DNA from: Nitrospira sp.
Lineage (GTDB): Bacteria; Nitrospirota; Nitrospiria; Nitrospirales; Nitrospiraceae
DNA length: 64,000 nt
Direction: 5' to 3'
Assembly (NCBI GenBank): GCA_015903945.1
Contig: JABMDL010000007.1
Location: 11,653 to 75,652, forward strand
Shown: positions 20,411 through 30,423 of the stretch, piece by piece
Layout: every line of letters starts with the position of its first letter
Numbering within the stretch: position 1 is the stretch's first letter
Position numbers and translations under genes: made by a program
The notes under the pieces: generated by a model
Seen by the model: only the letters and a program-made list of their open reading frames with translations
What the model was told of the DNA's origin: nothing
Database searches by the model: none

Positions 20411-20583
20411 GCGCGGTCGGTTGACGATCGGACAGTGAAGGCCATCCTATTCCGCCCATCGGCGGATGGGAAATTATTCAAATCCAACATCGGCGTGAAC
20501 ACACGCCGCCTGGCTTGAGAATAAGGGGCGTGACGCCCCTCACCCCTTGTGGTGCTCTGCAAGCCTTGAAGGGAGGTGAAGGC

Positions 20584-21357
20584 ATGGGAGTCGTAGCGAT
20601 CAAGGAATTACTGGAAGCCGGCGTGCACTTCGGGCACCAGACGAACCGCTGGAATCCAAAAATGAAGAAGTTCCTATTCGGCGAACGCAACGGCATTTAC
20701 ATCATCGATCTGCAGCAAACCCTGACCCGCATGGAGCAGGCCTATGCCTTCGTCCGAGATACAGTGGCGGCCGGAGACTCCATCCTGTTCGTCGGCACCA
20801 AGCGCCAGGCTGCGGAGATCCTTGAAGAGGAAGCGAAGCGGGCGAATATGTTCTTTGTCAATCAGCGGTGGCTCGGCGGCATGTTGACCAACTTTCAAAC
20901 GATCCGCCGCAGCATCGACAAAATGAAAAAGATGGAAGCCACGTTGCTGAACCCCAGCGAGCATGGCCTTAAGAAAAAGGAAATCCTTCTGATGCAGAAG
21001 GACATCGCCAAGCTTCAAAAGTATCTGTCGGGCATCAAGAACATGCGGAGCCTGCCGGGTGCCGTGTTCATCCTGGACACCCGTATAGAGAAAATTGCCG
21101 TACAAGAGGCGACCAGGCTGGATATTCCTGTGATCGCCATCCTAGACAGCAATTGCGACCCCGATCATATCACGCACCCGATCCCAGGGAACGACGACGC
21201 GATCCGATCGATCAAATTGATTACGTCCAAGATTGCGGACGCGTGCATCGAAGGCGCGCACCTCAAGACACAGCGTGAAGAAGCGGAATTTCAGGCGTCT
21301 CCCGCAGCCAATGACAAGAAACCGGCCGCTCGTATGGAAAGTGTCCCGGCAACCTAA
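20584..21357 (+). CDS. rpsB: 30S ribosomal protein S2
   Basis: [29 protein letters not shown] and [11 protein letters not shown]; start at 20584 after GGAGGTG. Confidence 0.98.
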   Translation: MGVVAIKELLEAGVHFGHQTNRWNPKMKKFLFGERNGIYIIDLQQTLTRMEQAYAFVRDTVAAGDSILFVGTKRQAAEILEEEAKRANMFFVNQRWLGGMLTNFQTIRRSIDKMKKMEATLLNPSEHGLKKKEILLMQKDIAKLQKYLSGIKNMRSLPGAVFILDTRIEKIAVQEATRLDIPVIAILDSNCDPDHITHPIPGNDDAIRSIKLITSKIADACIEGAHLKTQREEAEFQASPAANDKKPAARMESVPAT

Positions 21358-21418
21358 ATTCGATCATCGGACGGCAGTGAACGATTCCATTACATCAGAC
21401 GTCGAAGGATAACGGACC

Positions 21419-22015
21419 ATGGCAGGATCAAGTCAGCTTGTAAAAGAACTTCGTGAAAAGACCGGCGCCGGCATTCTGGATTGCCAAAAGGCCCTCACCG
21501 AGAACGGGAACGACATCGAGAAGGCCATCGACTATCTCCGGCAAAAAGGTCTCGCGGCGGCGGCAAAAAAGTCCGGGCGCGAGACGAACCAGGGGCTTGT
21601 TCACTCCTATATCCACATGGGAGGCAAGATCGGCGTCCTTATCGAAGTCAATTGCGAAACGGATTTTGTTGCGCGCAATGAGGAGTTCAAATCGTTTGTC
21701 AACGACCTCGCGTTACAGGTGGCGGCGGCCAAGCCGACCTACGTGAAGCGGGAAGATATCGCCAAAGAGGTCCAGGACAAGGAGCGCGCGATCTACGAAG
21801 CGCAGGCCAAAGAAATGGGCAAGCCCCCTGCCGCTTGGCCGAAGATCGTGGAGGGCAAACTCGAAAAGTTCTACCAGGAAAACTGCCTGCTGGAACAATC
21901 CTTCATCAAGGACCCGGCCGTCATCATCAAGGACCTGTTGTCCCAAAAAATAGCCAAGATCGGCGAGAACATGAACATCCGCCGGTTTACCCGCTACCAA
22001 CTGGGCGAAGCATGA
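21419..22015 (+). CDS. tsf: Elongation factor Ts (short 198-aa type)
   Basis: [15 protein letters not shown] and [12 protein letters not shown]. Confidence 0.97.
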   Translation: MAGSSQLVKELREKTGAGILDCQKALTENGNDIEKAIDYLRQKGLAAAAKKSGRETNQGLVHSYIHMGGKIGVLIEVNCETDFVARNEEFKSFVNDLALQVAAAKPTYVKREDIAKEVQDKERAIYEAQAKEMGKPPAAWPKIVEGKLEKFYQENCLLEQSFIKDPAVIIKDLLSQKIAKIGENMNIRRFTRYQLGEA

Positions 22016-22737
22016 CCACTGCCAAATACCGGCGCCTCCTTCTGAAAGTGAGCGGGGAGATGTTGGCCGGTGAGCAGGGCTACGGCATCCAACCCTCCAT
22101 CCTCGAAGGCCTGGCGGCTGAAATAGCCTCCGTCGTTGCACTCGATGTTCAAGTGGCCGTCGTCATCGGCGGTGGGAATATCTTCCGAGGAATTGCTGCC
22201 AGTGCGTCCGGCATGGAGCGGGCGTCTGCCGACTACATGGGCATGCTGGCCACTGTGCTCAATGCCTTGGCACTCCAAAATGCCCTCGAACGGATCGGCA
22301 TCAACACGCGTGTACAATCCGCCATTGAAATGCGCCAATTGGCGGAAGGATACATCCGCCGGAGAGCCATTCGCCATCTGGAAAAAAACCGCGTAGTGAT
22401 CTTCGCCGGGGGCACGGGTAACCCGTACTTCTCAACCGACACAGCCGCTGTGCTCCGTGCTATGGAGATCGGCGCGCAAGTCATCATGAAAGGCACGAAG
22501 GTGGACGGCATCTACGACGCCGATCCCATGAAACATCCTGGCGCCACGAAATACACCGACATTCCCTTCATGGCCATCTTGAATCAAAACCTCAAGGTGA
22601 TGGATTCGACGGCGATCAGCCTCTGCATGGATAACAATCTTCCGCTGATCGTATTCAACCTCAAGATCAAGGGAAACTTCAAGCGAGTGGCGACCGGCGA
22701 ACCGATCGGAACTCTGGTCACCGCCGGCCAACGTTGA
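22012..22737 (+). CDS. pyrH: Uridylate kinase
   Basis: [27 protein letters not shown] and KVMDSTA; ATGA overlap with the tsf stop. Confidence 0.97.
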   Translation: MTTAKYRRLLLKVSGEMLAGEQGYGIQPSILEGLAAEIASVVALDVQVAVVIGGGNIFRGIAASASGMERASADYMGMLATVLNALALQNALERIGINTRVQSAIEMRQLAEGYIRRRAIRHLEKNRVVIFAGGTGNPYFSTDTAAVLRAMEIGAQVIMKGTKVDGIYDADPMKHPGATKYTDIPFMAILNQNLKVMDSTAISLCMDNNLPLIVFNLKIKGNFKRVATGEPIGTLVTAGQR

Positions 22738-22757
22738 CCTCAACACGGAGTATCGCC

Positions 22758-23321
22758 ATGTCCAACGCAGCCGTGGTTCGGCAAAAGCTCATCACCCACA
22801 TGGAACAGGCAGTGGAGCACCTAAAACGGGACCTCGCCGGCCTCCGCACAGGTCGTGCCTCGGTCGCCCTCCTCGACGGAGTTCGGGTCGACTATTACGG
22901 CACTATGACACCTTTGAAACAGGTCGCCAACGTGTCCACACCTGAAGCGCGATTGATCACCATCCAACCATGGGAGCCCAACCTGATTAAGGAGATCGAG
23001 AAGGCGCTGGCCAATTCCGGATTAGGAGTCACCCCTTCCAACGATGGGAAAATGATCCGCGTCCCGCTCCCGCCGCTGACCGAGGAACGCCGAAAAGAAC
23101 TGACGAAAATCTGCAAGAAGCATGGGGAAGACACCAAAGTGCAGATTCGCGGCTTCCGGCGCGATGCGAACGAAGAGTTGAAGAAACTCCAAAAAGATGC
23201 CAAGCTCACGGAGGACGAGCTGCGGAAGTCCGAACAGGACACCCAAAAGCTCACCGATCAATTCGGACAGAAGATCGACGACGTCATCAAGAAGAAGGAA
23301 CAGGAGATCATGGAAGTCTGA
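22758..23321 (+). CDS. frr: Ribosome recycling factor
   Basis: LRTGRAS, YYGTMTPL and PPLTEERRKEL. Confidence 0.97.
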   Translation: MSNAAVVRQKLITHMEQAVEHLKRDLAGLRTGRASVALLDGVRVDYYGTMTPLKQVANVSTPEARLITIQPWEPNLIKEIEKALANSGLGVTPSNDGKMIRVPLPPLTEERRKELTKICKKHGEDTKVQIRGFRRDANEELKKLQKDAKLTEDELRKSEQDTQKLTDQFGQKIDDVIKKKEQEIMEV

Positions 23322-23349
23322 GGCTCAGGCTTCTCCCCTGTCCCCCGGC

Positions 23350-24483
23350 GTGCTAACCACTTCGACCTTTCTCCCAACCAGTGCCTCAGTTGATCTGACC
23401 GCCCTGGTCCACAACCTGACTCAATTCCGTAAAACGCTCGTTCCCGGCTGCGACATCATGGCCGTCGTGAAAGCGAACGCCTATGGCCATGGCGCCGTCG
23501 AAACGGCCAAAGCGTTGCTACGCCAAGGGGTGTCGCGTATCGCCGTCGTGTCGATCGAAGAAGGGATCACCCTTCGGCAAGCCGGCATCAACGCACCGAT
23601 CGTCATTCTGGGGCCAGTTTTTCCAGAGCAATTCACCGACCTGTTCGCTCATCAACTGACTCCCGTGGTGAGCGATGCCGATACCCTCCCCAAGCTGGCA
23701 CACGCTGCCTCGTCGTTCCACCCCCCCTACCCCATTCATCTCAAGGTGGAAACCGGTATGGGGCGTCTGGGACTCACACTGGATGAACTGGCGAATCTCT
23801 TCGGCTCACAGGGGTTCCCGCGCACGCTGCATTTGGAGGGACTCATGACCCATCTCGCGGACGCCGATGGGTCAGCTACGGATACAACTCAGGAACAACT
23901 GGCTCGCTTTCGCAACGCCATTGGCATCGTCACAGCACGCGGATTCCGAGTCCCGCTGATTCATGCGGCCAATAGCGGCGGTGCGATCCGCTTTCCGGAA
24001 GCGCAATTCTCACTTGTTCGCCCCGGCATCATGCTCTACGGGTATCACACCTTGCCTAAGTCCGTTCCGGTCCCGGATCTGAAACCGGTCCTTTCCTTGC
24101 GAACATCCATCGCTCAACTCCGGACCGTACAACCTGGGCATACAGTCAGCTACAACGGCACCTTCACCGCAAAGCAACCAACCAAAATCGCGGTATTGCC
24201 CGTCGGATATGCGGACGGAGTGAGTCGCCGTCTTTCAAATCGTGGCTGTGTCCTTATCCATGGACAACGCGCCCCGATCGCCGGCCTGGTCTGCATGGAC
24301 ATGATTATGGTCGATGTCACCAAGATCGCCGGAGCAACCATCGGCGACGAAGCCGTCCTCATCGGCTCCCAGGGCGCCGACCGGATTACCGCCGACGACA
24401 TCGCCGAATGGACCGGCACCATCGCCTATGAAGTTCTTTGCACGATCGGACCGCGCATTCCCCGACAGTATCACTCCTCATGA
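23350..24483 (+). CDS. alr: Alanine racemase
   Basis: AVVKANAYGHG PLP-lysine motif, HLKVETGMGRLG, VRPGIMLYG and GLVCMD; probable GTG start at 23350. Confidence 0.95.
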   Translation: MLTTSTFLPTSASVDLTALVHNLTQFRKTLVPGCDIMAVVKANAYGHGAVETAKALLRQGVSRIAVVSIEEGITLRQAGINAPIVILGPVFPEQFTDLFAHQLTPVVSDADTLPKLAHAASSFHPPYPIHLKVETGMGRLGLTLDELANLFGSQGFPRTLHLEGLMTHLADADGSATDTTQEQLARFRNAIGIVTARGFRVPLIHAANSGGAIRFPEAQFSLVRPGIMLYGYHTLPKSVPVPDLKPVLSLRTSIAQLRTVQPGHTVSYNGTFTAKQPTKIAVLPVGYADGVSRRLSNRGCVLIHGQRAPIAGLVCMDMIMVDVTKIAGATIGDEAVLIGSQGADRITADDIAEWTGTIAYEVLCTIGPRIPRQYHSS

Positions 24484-24531
24484 GTTGAGACCGCTGCATC
24501 TCCGTCCATTAAAGGTCAGCGGATCGAACCG

Positions 24532-25170
24532 CTACTGTCTCTCGTAAAACAGTTCCATCGCCGAGGCGATCCCGTGCAAGCGGCCCTTTCGGAACGCCGT
24601 GTCGAGCCGATTGCGGAGCGAACGGACCCCGCCCTCGTCATTCCGCTTTGCGACCCCCTGGGATAACATCATCTCCGTCGCCACTTCGACCAGGCGCTGT
24701 GAGCGCTGCTGCATCTCCTCGGTCACAAACTCATCGACGATCTCAGCCGCGCGCGCCTGGACTATCGGTTCGAGGAATGAATCATACCCCTGCTCGGCGA
24801 TGGTCCGCCCCCGAAGCACCCTCAACTCCGCCTTGATCCGTGACACATTCTGCATGAGAAGGGCAAAGAGTTCCTTGCGCCCTTCGTCGAACAATTTCTG
24901 TTCCATCCGTTCGAGCACAACACCGGGATCGAGGGCTTCGGCACGCGGTTCGTCTCCCCAGGAGAGCCGATCGTAGCTCCGGCGCTTCTCCGCATCGCCG
25001 ATGACTTCGTATGCGGTGTTGATCTCACGGATCTTTTCTTCCGCCTGCGCGCTGCCTGGATTTCGGTCGGGGTGGTGCTGGAAGACGAGCTTCCGGTAGG
25101 CCTTCTTGATCTCCTCATCCGATGCTTCGCGGGAAACACCCAGAAGTTGGTAGTAATCCATCCGCGCCAT
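24532..25170 (-). CDS. DnaJ (J-domain) protein with unrelated helical C-terminus
   Basis: [24 protein letters not shown]-domain, no Gly/Phe or zinc-finger region; start MARMDYY at 25170. Confidence 0.88.
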   Translation of the reverse strand: MARMDYYQLLGVSREASDEEIKKAYRKLVFQHHPDRNPGSAQAEEKIREINTAYEVIGDAEKRRSYDRLSWGDEPRAEALDPGVVLERMEQKLFDEGRKELFALLMQNVSRIKAELRVLRGRTIAEQGYDSFLEPIVQARAAEIVDEFVTEEMQQRSQRLVEVATEMMLSQGVAKRNDEGGVRSLRNRLDTAFRKGRLHGIASAMELFYERQ

Positions 25171-25185
25171 GGGAGGACTATAGCA
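25171..25185 (-). promoter_or_regulatory. Extended -10 promoter, probably leaderless
   Basis: Minus strand TGC-TATAGT-cctccc-ATG; the predicted transcription start coincides with the ATG and there is no SD. Confidence 0.5.
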
Positions 25186-25260
25186 CGTGGGTTTCGAGCG
25201 CTTCACCTTGACACCTGCGGCAAACAACTCTAGCCTGCACCGACCGATGCATCCCCTCAC

Positions 25261-25281
25261 CACTCAGCTCTCAGCACTCAG
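25261..25281 (+). repeat. Intergenic heptamer tandem repeat (x3)
   Basis: CACTCAG-CTCTCAG-CACTCAG between the divergent J-domain and MFS genes. Confidence 0.6.
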
Positions 25282-25320
25282 CCCCCACATTGCACAGCCT
25301 CTTCCAGGTGAGGTCCATCA

Positions 25321-26583
25321 GTGAACGCCCGGTCTTGGCGGGCTAGCGTGACGCCCTACCAGTGGTTAGTGTTGTTTGTGGCCTGGCTGGGATGGGTTTT
25401 CGACGCGATGGATGCGACGATTTACGCGATTGTCCTCCATCCGGCCCTACACGACCTGTTGCACACGAGCAGTGGTCCGCCGACGACCGAACAAATCGGC
25501 TGGTACGGCGGCATCATCTTCTCTATTTTTCTCATCGGCTGGGCAATCGGCGGAATTACGTTCGGCATATTGGCGGATCGATTCGGCCGCGCGAAAGTAC
25601 TGATCGCCACCATCATCATCTATGCCGTGTTCACCGGCGCCGCCGCGTTGACGGAAACCTGGTGGCAACTCGCCTTATCCCGCTTTTTGACTGCTCTGGG
25701 CATCGGTGGTGAATGGGCTGCTGGCGCAGCCATCGTGGCAGAGACCTGGCCGGAGGATAAACGAGCCAAAGCGGCGGGCATTCTCCAATCAGCCTGGGCC
25801 GTAGGATTTTTCTTAGCGGCTACCTTCAATCTCATGTTGAAGGGGTACGGCTGGCGGGTGCTGTTTCTGATCGGCGTGCTTCCGGCCTTTGTCGCATTGC
25901 TCGTGCGCTGGTGGGTCAAGGAACCGGAACGGTGGGCACGAGCCCACGAACAACAGGCACCGCCCCTGTCGGCCATTTTTGAAGGCGACCTTCGCCGCTC
26001 AACCCTGGTCGGCTCCGCGCTGGCCTTTGTCGCCGTCTTCGGTCTCTGGGGTTCAACCAATTGGGCGCCGACCTTGGTGCGCGAAATGCCGGAGATGAAA
26101 GGGCTTGAGAGTGCCCTAACCTCCACCTACGTCAGTTACGCCATCATGGCGCTGAATGCCGGTGCGATTTTCGGCTATCTCGGCTTCGGCCCATTGGCAG
26201 ACCGGTTCGGGCGCCGGCCGGTGTTCGCCTTCATGTGTCTTGGCAGTTTCATCATGCTCCCAGTCACATATCTCGTACCATCCAGCTATAGCGGAGTGTT
26301 GATGCTGTTGCCGATTCTTGGCTTCTTCAACAACGGCATCTTCAGCGGGTTTCCCATTTATCTACCGGAACTTTATCCAACTGCCCTTCGCGCTACCGGA
26401 GCCGGATTTTGTTTCAACGCCGGGCGTCTGTTGGCCTCCGCTTCACCTTTTCTTACTGGGTGGCTGGTAGCGACATTGGGGTCCTTTGGCCGTGCCGCCA
26501 GCACCGTCGCCCTGATCTATCTGCTTGGACTCCTTGTGCTATTGTTCGCTCCGGAGACGAAAGGCCGCCGATTACCTGACTAG
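25321..26583 (+). CDS. MFS transporter
   Basis: 12-TM pattern, motif A GILADRFGRAK, GIGGEWAAG, LADRFGRR and ELYPTALRATG. Confidence 0.92.
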   Translation: MNARSWRASVTPYQWLVLFVAWLGWVFDAMDATIYAIVLHPALHDLLHTSSGPPTTEQIGWYGGIIFSIFLIGWAIGGITFGILADRFGRAKVLIATIIIYAVFTGAAALTETWWQLALSRFLTALGIGGEWAAGAAIVAETWPEDKRAKAAGILQSAWAVGFFLAATFNLMLKGYGWRVLFLIGVLPAFVALLVRWWVKEPERWARAHEQQAPPLSAIFEGDLRRSTLVGSALAFVAVFGLWGSTNWAPTLVREMPEMKGLESALTSTYVSYAIMALNAGAIFGYLGFGPLADRFGRRPVFAFMCLGSFIMLPVTYLVPSSYSGVLMLLPILGFFNNGIFSGFPIYLPELYPTALRATGAGFCFNAGRLLASASPFLTGWLVATLGSFGRAASTVALIYLLGLLVLLFAPETKGRRLPD

Positions 26584-26620
26584 CTATTGACTTAGAACCT
26601 TCCCTGATTATCTAACGAAC

Positions 26621-27310
26621 ATGGAAATGATACACAATCGACGGATGCTCACCCACGATGAACGAAAAGCGGCTGAGGCTGCCTTTGCAGGAAGACCGTT
26701 CAACCCAGCTTGGTCCGAATCCGCCAAGAAGGTGTACGAGGGGTTGATTCACGCCCTGCCGATTTCGCCCGAGGAGCCACTACTGGCACCTCAGACGCAA
26801 TCTGCGCTTGGCGAATCACAGGATGCGGCGAGAGTAGAGCTGTTGCCCAGCGAGTCAGAGTCTAAGATTGAGGGTCCCGCAAAGGCAGACGAGCCGTCAG
26901 AGACACAGACTCAGGGCTCTCTCCCTCAACTGATCACCAATCGCCAGCAAGCCATCCAGGCTGGCATGCTTATCGACGTGACAGAGGATGCAAAACAACT
27001 CGGTTTGACCTTCCCGGTTACTGTCACCAAGCCGCTCTGGGATATCGGGATTGCGCCGATCCCGGAACTGTCTGAACAGGACAAGGCGGAACGGTTACGC
27101 GATGTTCTGATGGCCTTTCGCCTCCGCTTGGCTGGCCAAACAACCCTCTCACCCTTGATTGACTTTCCAGCGATGCTGGCCCTGCCGCCCGGCGGCGTGC
27201 CTCAGCCGGTGCCGTTGTTCGCGCTGATTCAGCCGGACGAACAGAACCGCGCGACGGCAACACTGTTGCTGCCCAACGAAGTCTCGGCCACGATCATGCC
27301 GATCAACTGA
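26621..27310 (+). CDS. Hypothetical protein with C-terminal DUF6573-like domain
   Basis: C-terminal RQQAIQAGMLIDVT..GLTFPVTVTKPLWD..ERLRDVLM resembles the DUF6573 pattern as I recall it; short conserved-looking N-terminal module and acidic linker. Confidence 0.6.
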   Translation: MEMIHNRRMLTHDERKAAEAAFAGRPFNPAWSESAKKVYEGLIHALPISPEEPLLAPQTQSALGESQDAARVELLPSESESKIEGPAKADEPSETQTQGSLPQLITNRQQAIQAGMLIDVTEDAKQLGLTFPVTVTKPLWDIGIAPIPELSEQDKAERLRDVLMAFRLRLAGQTTLSPLIDFPAMLALPPGGVPQPVPLFALIQPDEQNRATATLLLPNEVSATIMPIN

Positions 27311-27317
27311 GTGCGCA

Positions 27318-29960
27318 TCAAGCGGAAAGATTCGCCATACGGTGAACGAGCGCTCGTTCCTCCGTTTCTGTCTTAACCTCTCCGTTGAGTCTCGCATCGA
27401 GTAACCGGTCGAGGATCTGTTTGAACTTCGGTCCAGGTTTCAACCCCATCGCCTTCAGATCGGCGCCGGTCAGAATCGTTCTGACGTGCTGATAGTTCGT
27501 CAGAAACGCCGAGACCTGCCGTTTTACTGAATCGCCTTTGGTCTTGGCCATCAAGCCAAGCAGGGTTTCGTCGGACAGGCCTGACAGTAAGCGGTACGTT
27601 TCGGATGGCTTGAGTGTCAATTTTCCGGTGAGCCGGCGTATGATCCCCTGGGAGCCGGACCGAGCGGACTTAAGGGTGCGTGCTTCCGCCTCGGAGAATG
27701 GAAATCGTTTGAGCACATCCGTCACCGCCCGTCCCGGCAGAACTTCTAAGAATCCCATCATGTAGACCAGCCAGACCTCGATCTTCCGGTCCAGATACAG
27801 CAGACGATACCAATCGACGGCCTGCTCAATTGCACCTAACAGGACTTGCAGCCGGTCGGACCACTTCAACTTCGGATGGATAAACTGGAGCAGATCAAGA
27901 TCCGCCAGCCGCTTGACTGCTTGCTTAGGCTCACGTTCGCTCAGCAGCAACTTGAGTTCTTCCAACAGCCGGTGGCCGGAGAGCCGTTGAAAGAGATTCA
28001 TCTTTACCGCCCCTGCGATAAGCGCTACTGTGTCCTTGCCGAGATGAAAGCCGAAACGGGTTTCAAATCGAATGGCTCGAAACACGCGGGTGGGATCTTC
28101 GACGAAACTCAGTCCGTGCAGGACGCGCACAACCTTGTCGTTTAAGTCCCGCTGGCCGCCGTAGAAATCCAGCACATCGCCAAAGCCCTTGCCATTCAAT
28201 CGAACAGCCAGCGCGTTGATCGTGAAATCTCGCCGGTATAAATCCTTCTTAATAGAGCCTTGCTCCACGGTCGGTAAGGCGGTGGGGTACTCGTAATACT
28301 CCGTCCTCGCGGTGGCGACGTCGAGTTTGAATCCGTCCGGCAGAAGCACGATCGCGGTCCCGAACCGTTCGTGAGTCTTGACGCGCGCGCGCAACATTTC
28401 ACCCAGCTTTCGCGCGAAGGCGATGCCGTCGCCCTCGACCACGAGATCCAGGTCGAGATTGTTGATGCCCAACAGCAGATCTCGCACGCAGCCGCCAACG
28501 ACAAAGAGCGACACTCCGGACCGATCCGCCAATTGCCCGGCTTCTCCTAGCAGCGTGACCAGGTGATGGGGCAAACGGCTCCGTAACAATCCTCTGACGT
28601 TGCGGTGCGGCCCTCCAATCTCAGCCTCGGTCGAGCTCGGGCGCAGGGTTTTCATTCTGGCGCTCTTCAGCACATCGTCGTGCAAGGTCCGCAGCAAATC
28701 CGTTCTGGTAATGACGCCGACAACCTTGGCGTCTTTGATGACCGGGACAAACCGCTGGTTCCGCTCAATCATAGCGATTTCAACGTCGTGGAACGGTGTC
28801 TCCGGCTGCGCCTGGTATGCGTCGGTCTGCATGATCTCCCGCACCGACATTTTGCCGAGCCGATGAAATAACGCCTTTTGAATCAACTCCCGGCTGACCA
28901 GTCCGGCATAGTGGTCCTGCTCATCCAAGATCGGAAACACATTGAGTCCATACGCAGTCATCCGTTGCCCGGCCTCCGTGACAGCTGTATCCGTCTCAAT
29001 CGCTTTCACCGGACGAGTCATGACGTCCTGGGCCAACAGGGTCGGGCGATAGTGGGTGGTCAACAGCCGGACCACTGTCTCTTTGACCTCCGCAAGCGAC
29101 CGCCCTTTCACCGTAGCAGCCGCCGCCACGGCATGGCCCCCGCCTCCGAACTCCCTCGCGATCCACCCGACGTCGATCTCGGGCCTGCGGCTTCTCCCGA
29201 TCACTTCGACTCGATCGTCCATCATTACCGCCACTACGACGGCATCGACTCCCTGCAACTCGGCAAGGATGTGCACCACACCAGCCGCTTCTCCCCGACA
29301 GCGGTCTATCGTGCTGGTGGCCACTAGCACCTTGCGGCCCTCCAGGTAATGGACGTCACTGTGCTCCAAGAAATCGTTCAGCAGCGCGATCGCATCGGGG
29401 TCGAGGGGACGGCGCAGCGTGTCCGTCACCATATTCAGATCCGCGCCGGCGGCGATGAGAAATGCGCCAGCCTCGAAGTCCCGGCTGGTTGTGGAGGCAA
29501 ACGCGAACGATCCGGTTTCTTCATAGAGACCCACGGCCATTATCGTCGCTTCGAATGGCATGACCGGAATCTGTCGTTGTCGGAGTTGCTCGATGAGAAT
29601 AGTCGTGGTCGCCCCGACCTGCTGGATGACGGACTGCGTAGAACGTCCCGCACAGACCGAGTCGGTTTCGATATGGTGATCGAACACAACGACCTCGACG
29701 GACGGATTGTCAAGACAGGCCTTGAGCGCGCCGATCCTGTTTGGCTCTTGAGTATCGACCAGCACCAGTCGGGTGACCTGTGCCAGATCGATGTCCTTCA
29801 GTTTTGTGATAGCGAGGTCGTGAACGGCGAGAAAATTCCGCAGCGTTTCCTGAGCGCCGGCTGGAATAACCAGCTTGGCCTCCGGAAAGAGTTTGCGCGC
29901 CGCAACCATAGAAGCCAGGCCGTCGAAATCCGCATTGCTATGTGTGGCAATGACCTCCAT
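27318..29960 (-). CDS. cca: tRNA nucleotidyltransferase with DHH, DHHA1 and tandem CBS domains (A-adding type architecture)
   Basis: THSNADFDG and VFDHH (DHH), CBS pair, VGGCVRDLLL..DLDL, DLYRRDFTINA and EDPTR. Confidence 0.88.
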   Translation of the reverse strand: MEVIATHSNADFDGLASMVAARKLFPEAKLVIPAGAQETLRNFLAVHDLAITKLKDIDLAQVTRLVLVDTQEPNRIGALKACLDNPSVEVVVFDHHIETDSVCAGRSTQSVIQQVGATTTILIEQLRQRQIPVMPFEATIMAVGLYEETGSFAFASTTSRDFEAGAFLIAAGADLNMVTDTLRRPLDPDAIALLNDFLEHSDVHYLEGRKVLVATSTIDRCRGEAAGVVHILAELQGVDAVVVAVMMDDRVEVIGRSRRPEIDVGWIAREFGGGGHAVAAAATVKGRSLAEVKETVVRLLTTHYRPTLLAQDVMTRPVKAIETDTAVTEAGQRMTAYGLNVFPILDEQDHYAGLVSRELIQKALFHRLGKMSVREIMQTDAYQAQPETPFHDVEIAMIERNQRFVPVIKDAKVVGVITRTDLLRTLHDDVLKSARMKTLRPSSTEAEIGGPHRNVRGLLRSRLPHHLVTLLGEAGQLADRSGVSLFVVGGCVRDLLLGINNLDLDLVVEGDGIAFARKLGEMLRARVKTHERFGTAIVLLPDGFKLDVATARTEYYEYPTALPTVEQGSIKKDLYRRDFTINALAVRLNGKGFGDVLDFYGGQRDLNDKVVRVLHGLSFVEDPTRVFRAIRFETRFGFHLGKDTVALIAGAVKMNLFQRLSGHRLLEELKLLLSEREPKQAVKRLADLDLLQFIHPKLKWSDRLQVLLGAIEQAVDWYRLLYLDRKIEVWLVYMMGFLEVLPGRAVTDVLKRFPFSEAEARTLKSARSGSQGIIRRLTGKLTLKPSETYRLLSGLSDETLLGLMAKTKGDSVKRQVSAFLTNYQHVRTILTGADLKAMGLKPGPKFKQILDRLLDARLNGEVKTETEERALVHRMANLSA

Positions 29961-29975
29961 ACCGGCATTCTAGCA
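29961..29975 (-). promoter_or_regulatory. Extended -10 promoter, probably leaderless
   Basis: Minus strand TGC-TAGAAT-gccggt-ATG; the predicted transcription start coincides with the cca ATG. Confidence 0.5.
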
Positions 29976-30097
29976 GGGTCTTCGCCTTCGAGGAATGCAG
30001 GTGATATCAGCATTCATTGCAACCCTCCAAAACGAATGAGGCGTTCAGGAACCCTGCCCCAAACGCCTCACCCCGACTCCATTCGCCCGGCCAAGAA

Positions 30098-30423
30098 TCA
30101 GCGATGCCGATTGCCTTGCCGGTCGTGTTTCTCGCGCGCAATGTTTCGAGAAGTCCGATCCTGAGCCGCGCTGATCCGAGCCCGTTCCCGTGCAGTGACG
30201 ACTCCGTCAGCCTTTGCCCTATTCTCCATACGATCGATGCGGTTTTGTTGCCGCTCCAGACGCTTGGCCTCTCGCGGATTCAATTGCCCGCTCTCAACTC
30301 CCTGGTCGATCCGCTGTTCTTGATTCATTTGCCGTTGATCGATGACAGGTGTGTCGGCTTGTGCGTATGCAGTTCCCCCGGCTGCCAAAAGTACGCTGCT
30401 CATTGCCAACACTTCTTCATCAT
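30098..30423 (-). CDS. Small exported charged protein (TPVIDQRQ family) whose signal peptide is split by a 1-nt frameshift or preceded by a coupled uORF
   Basis: A GGAGG RBS precedes ATG ATG AAG AAG TGT TGG CAA TGA (30423-30400). The main frame (VLAMSSVLLAAGGTAYAQADTPVIDQRQ..) is offset by 1 nt. Confidence 0.7.

Noticed and set aside
21835-22011. N-terminal extension of the pyrH ORF in the track (also alr 23197, argC 18011, rpsI 17433, ydbH 49871, merA-like 43957)
   Set aside because: These extensions overlap upstream genes or lack homology-like sequence, and downstream starts have proper RBS or coupling.
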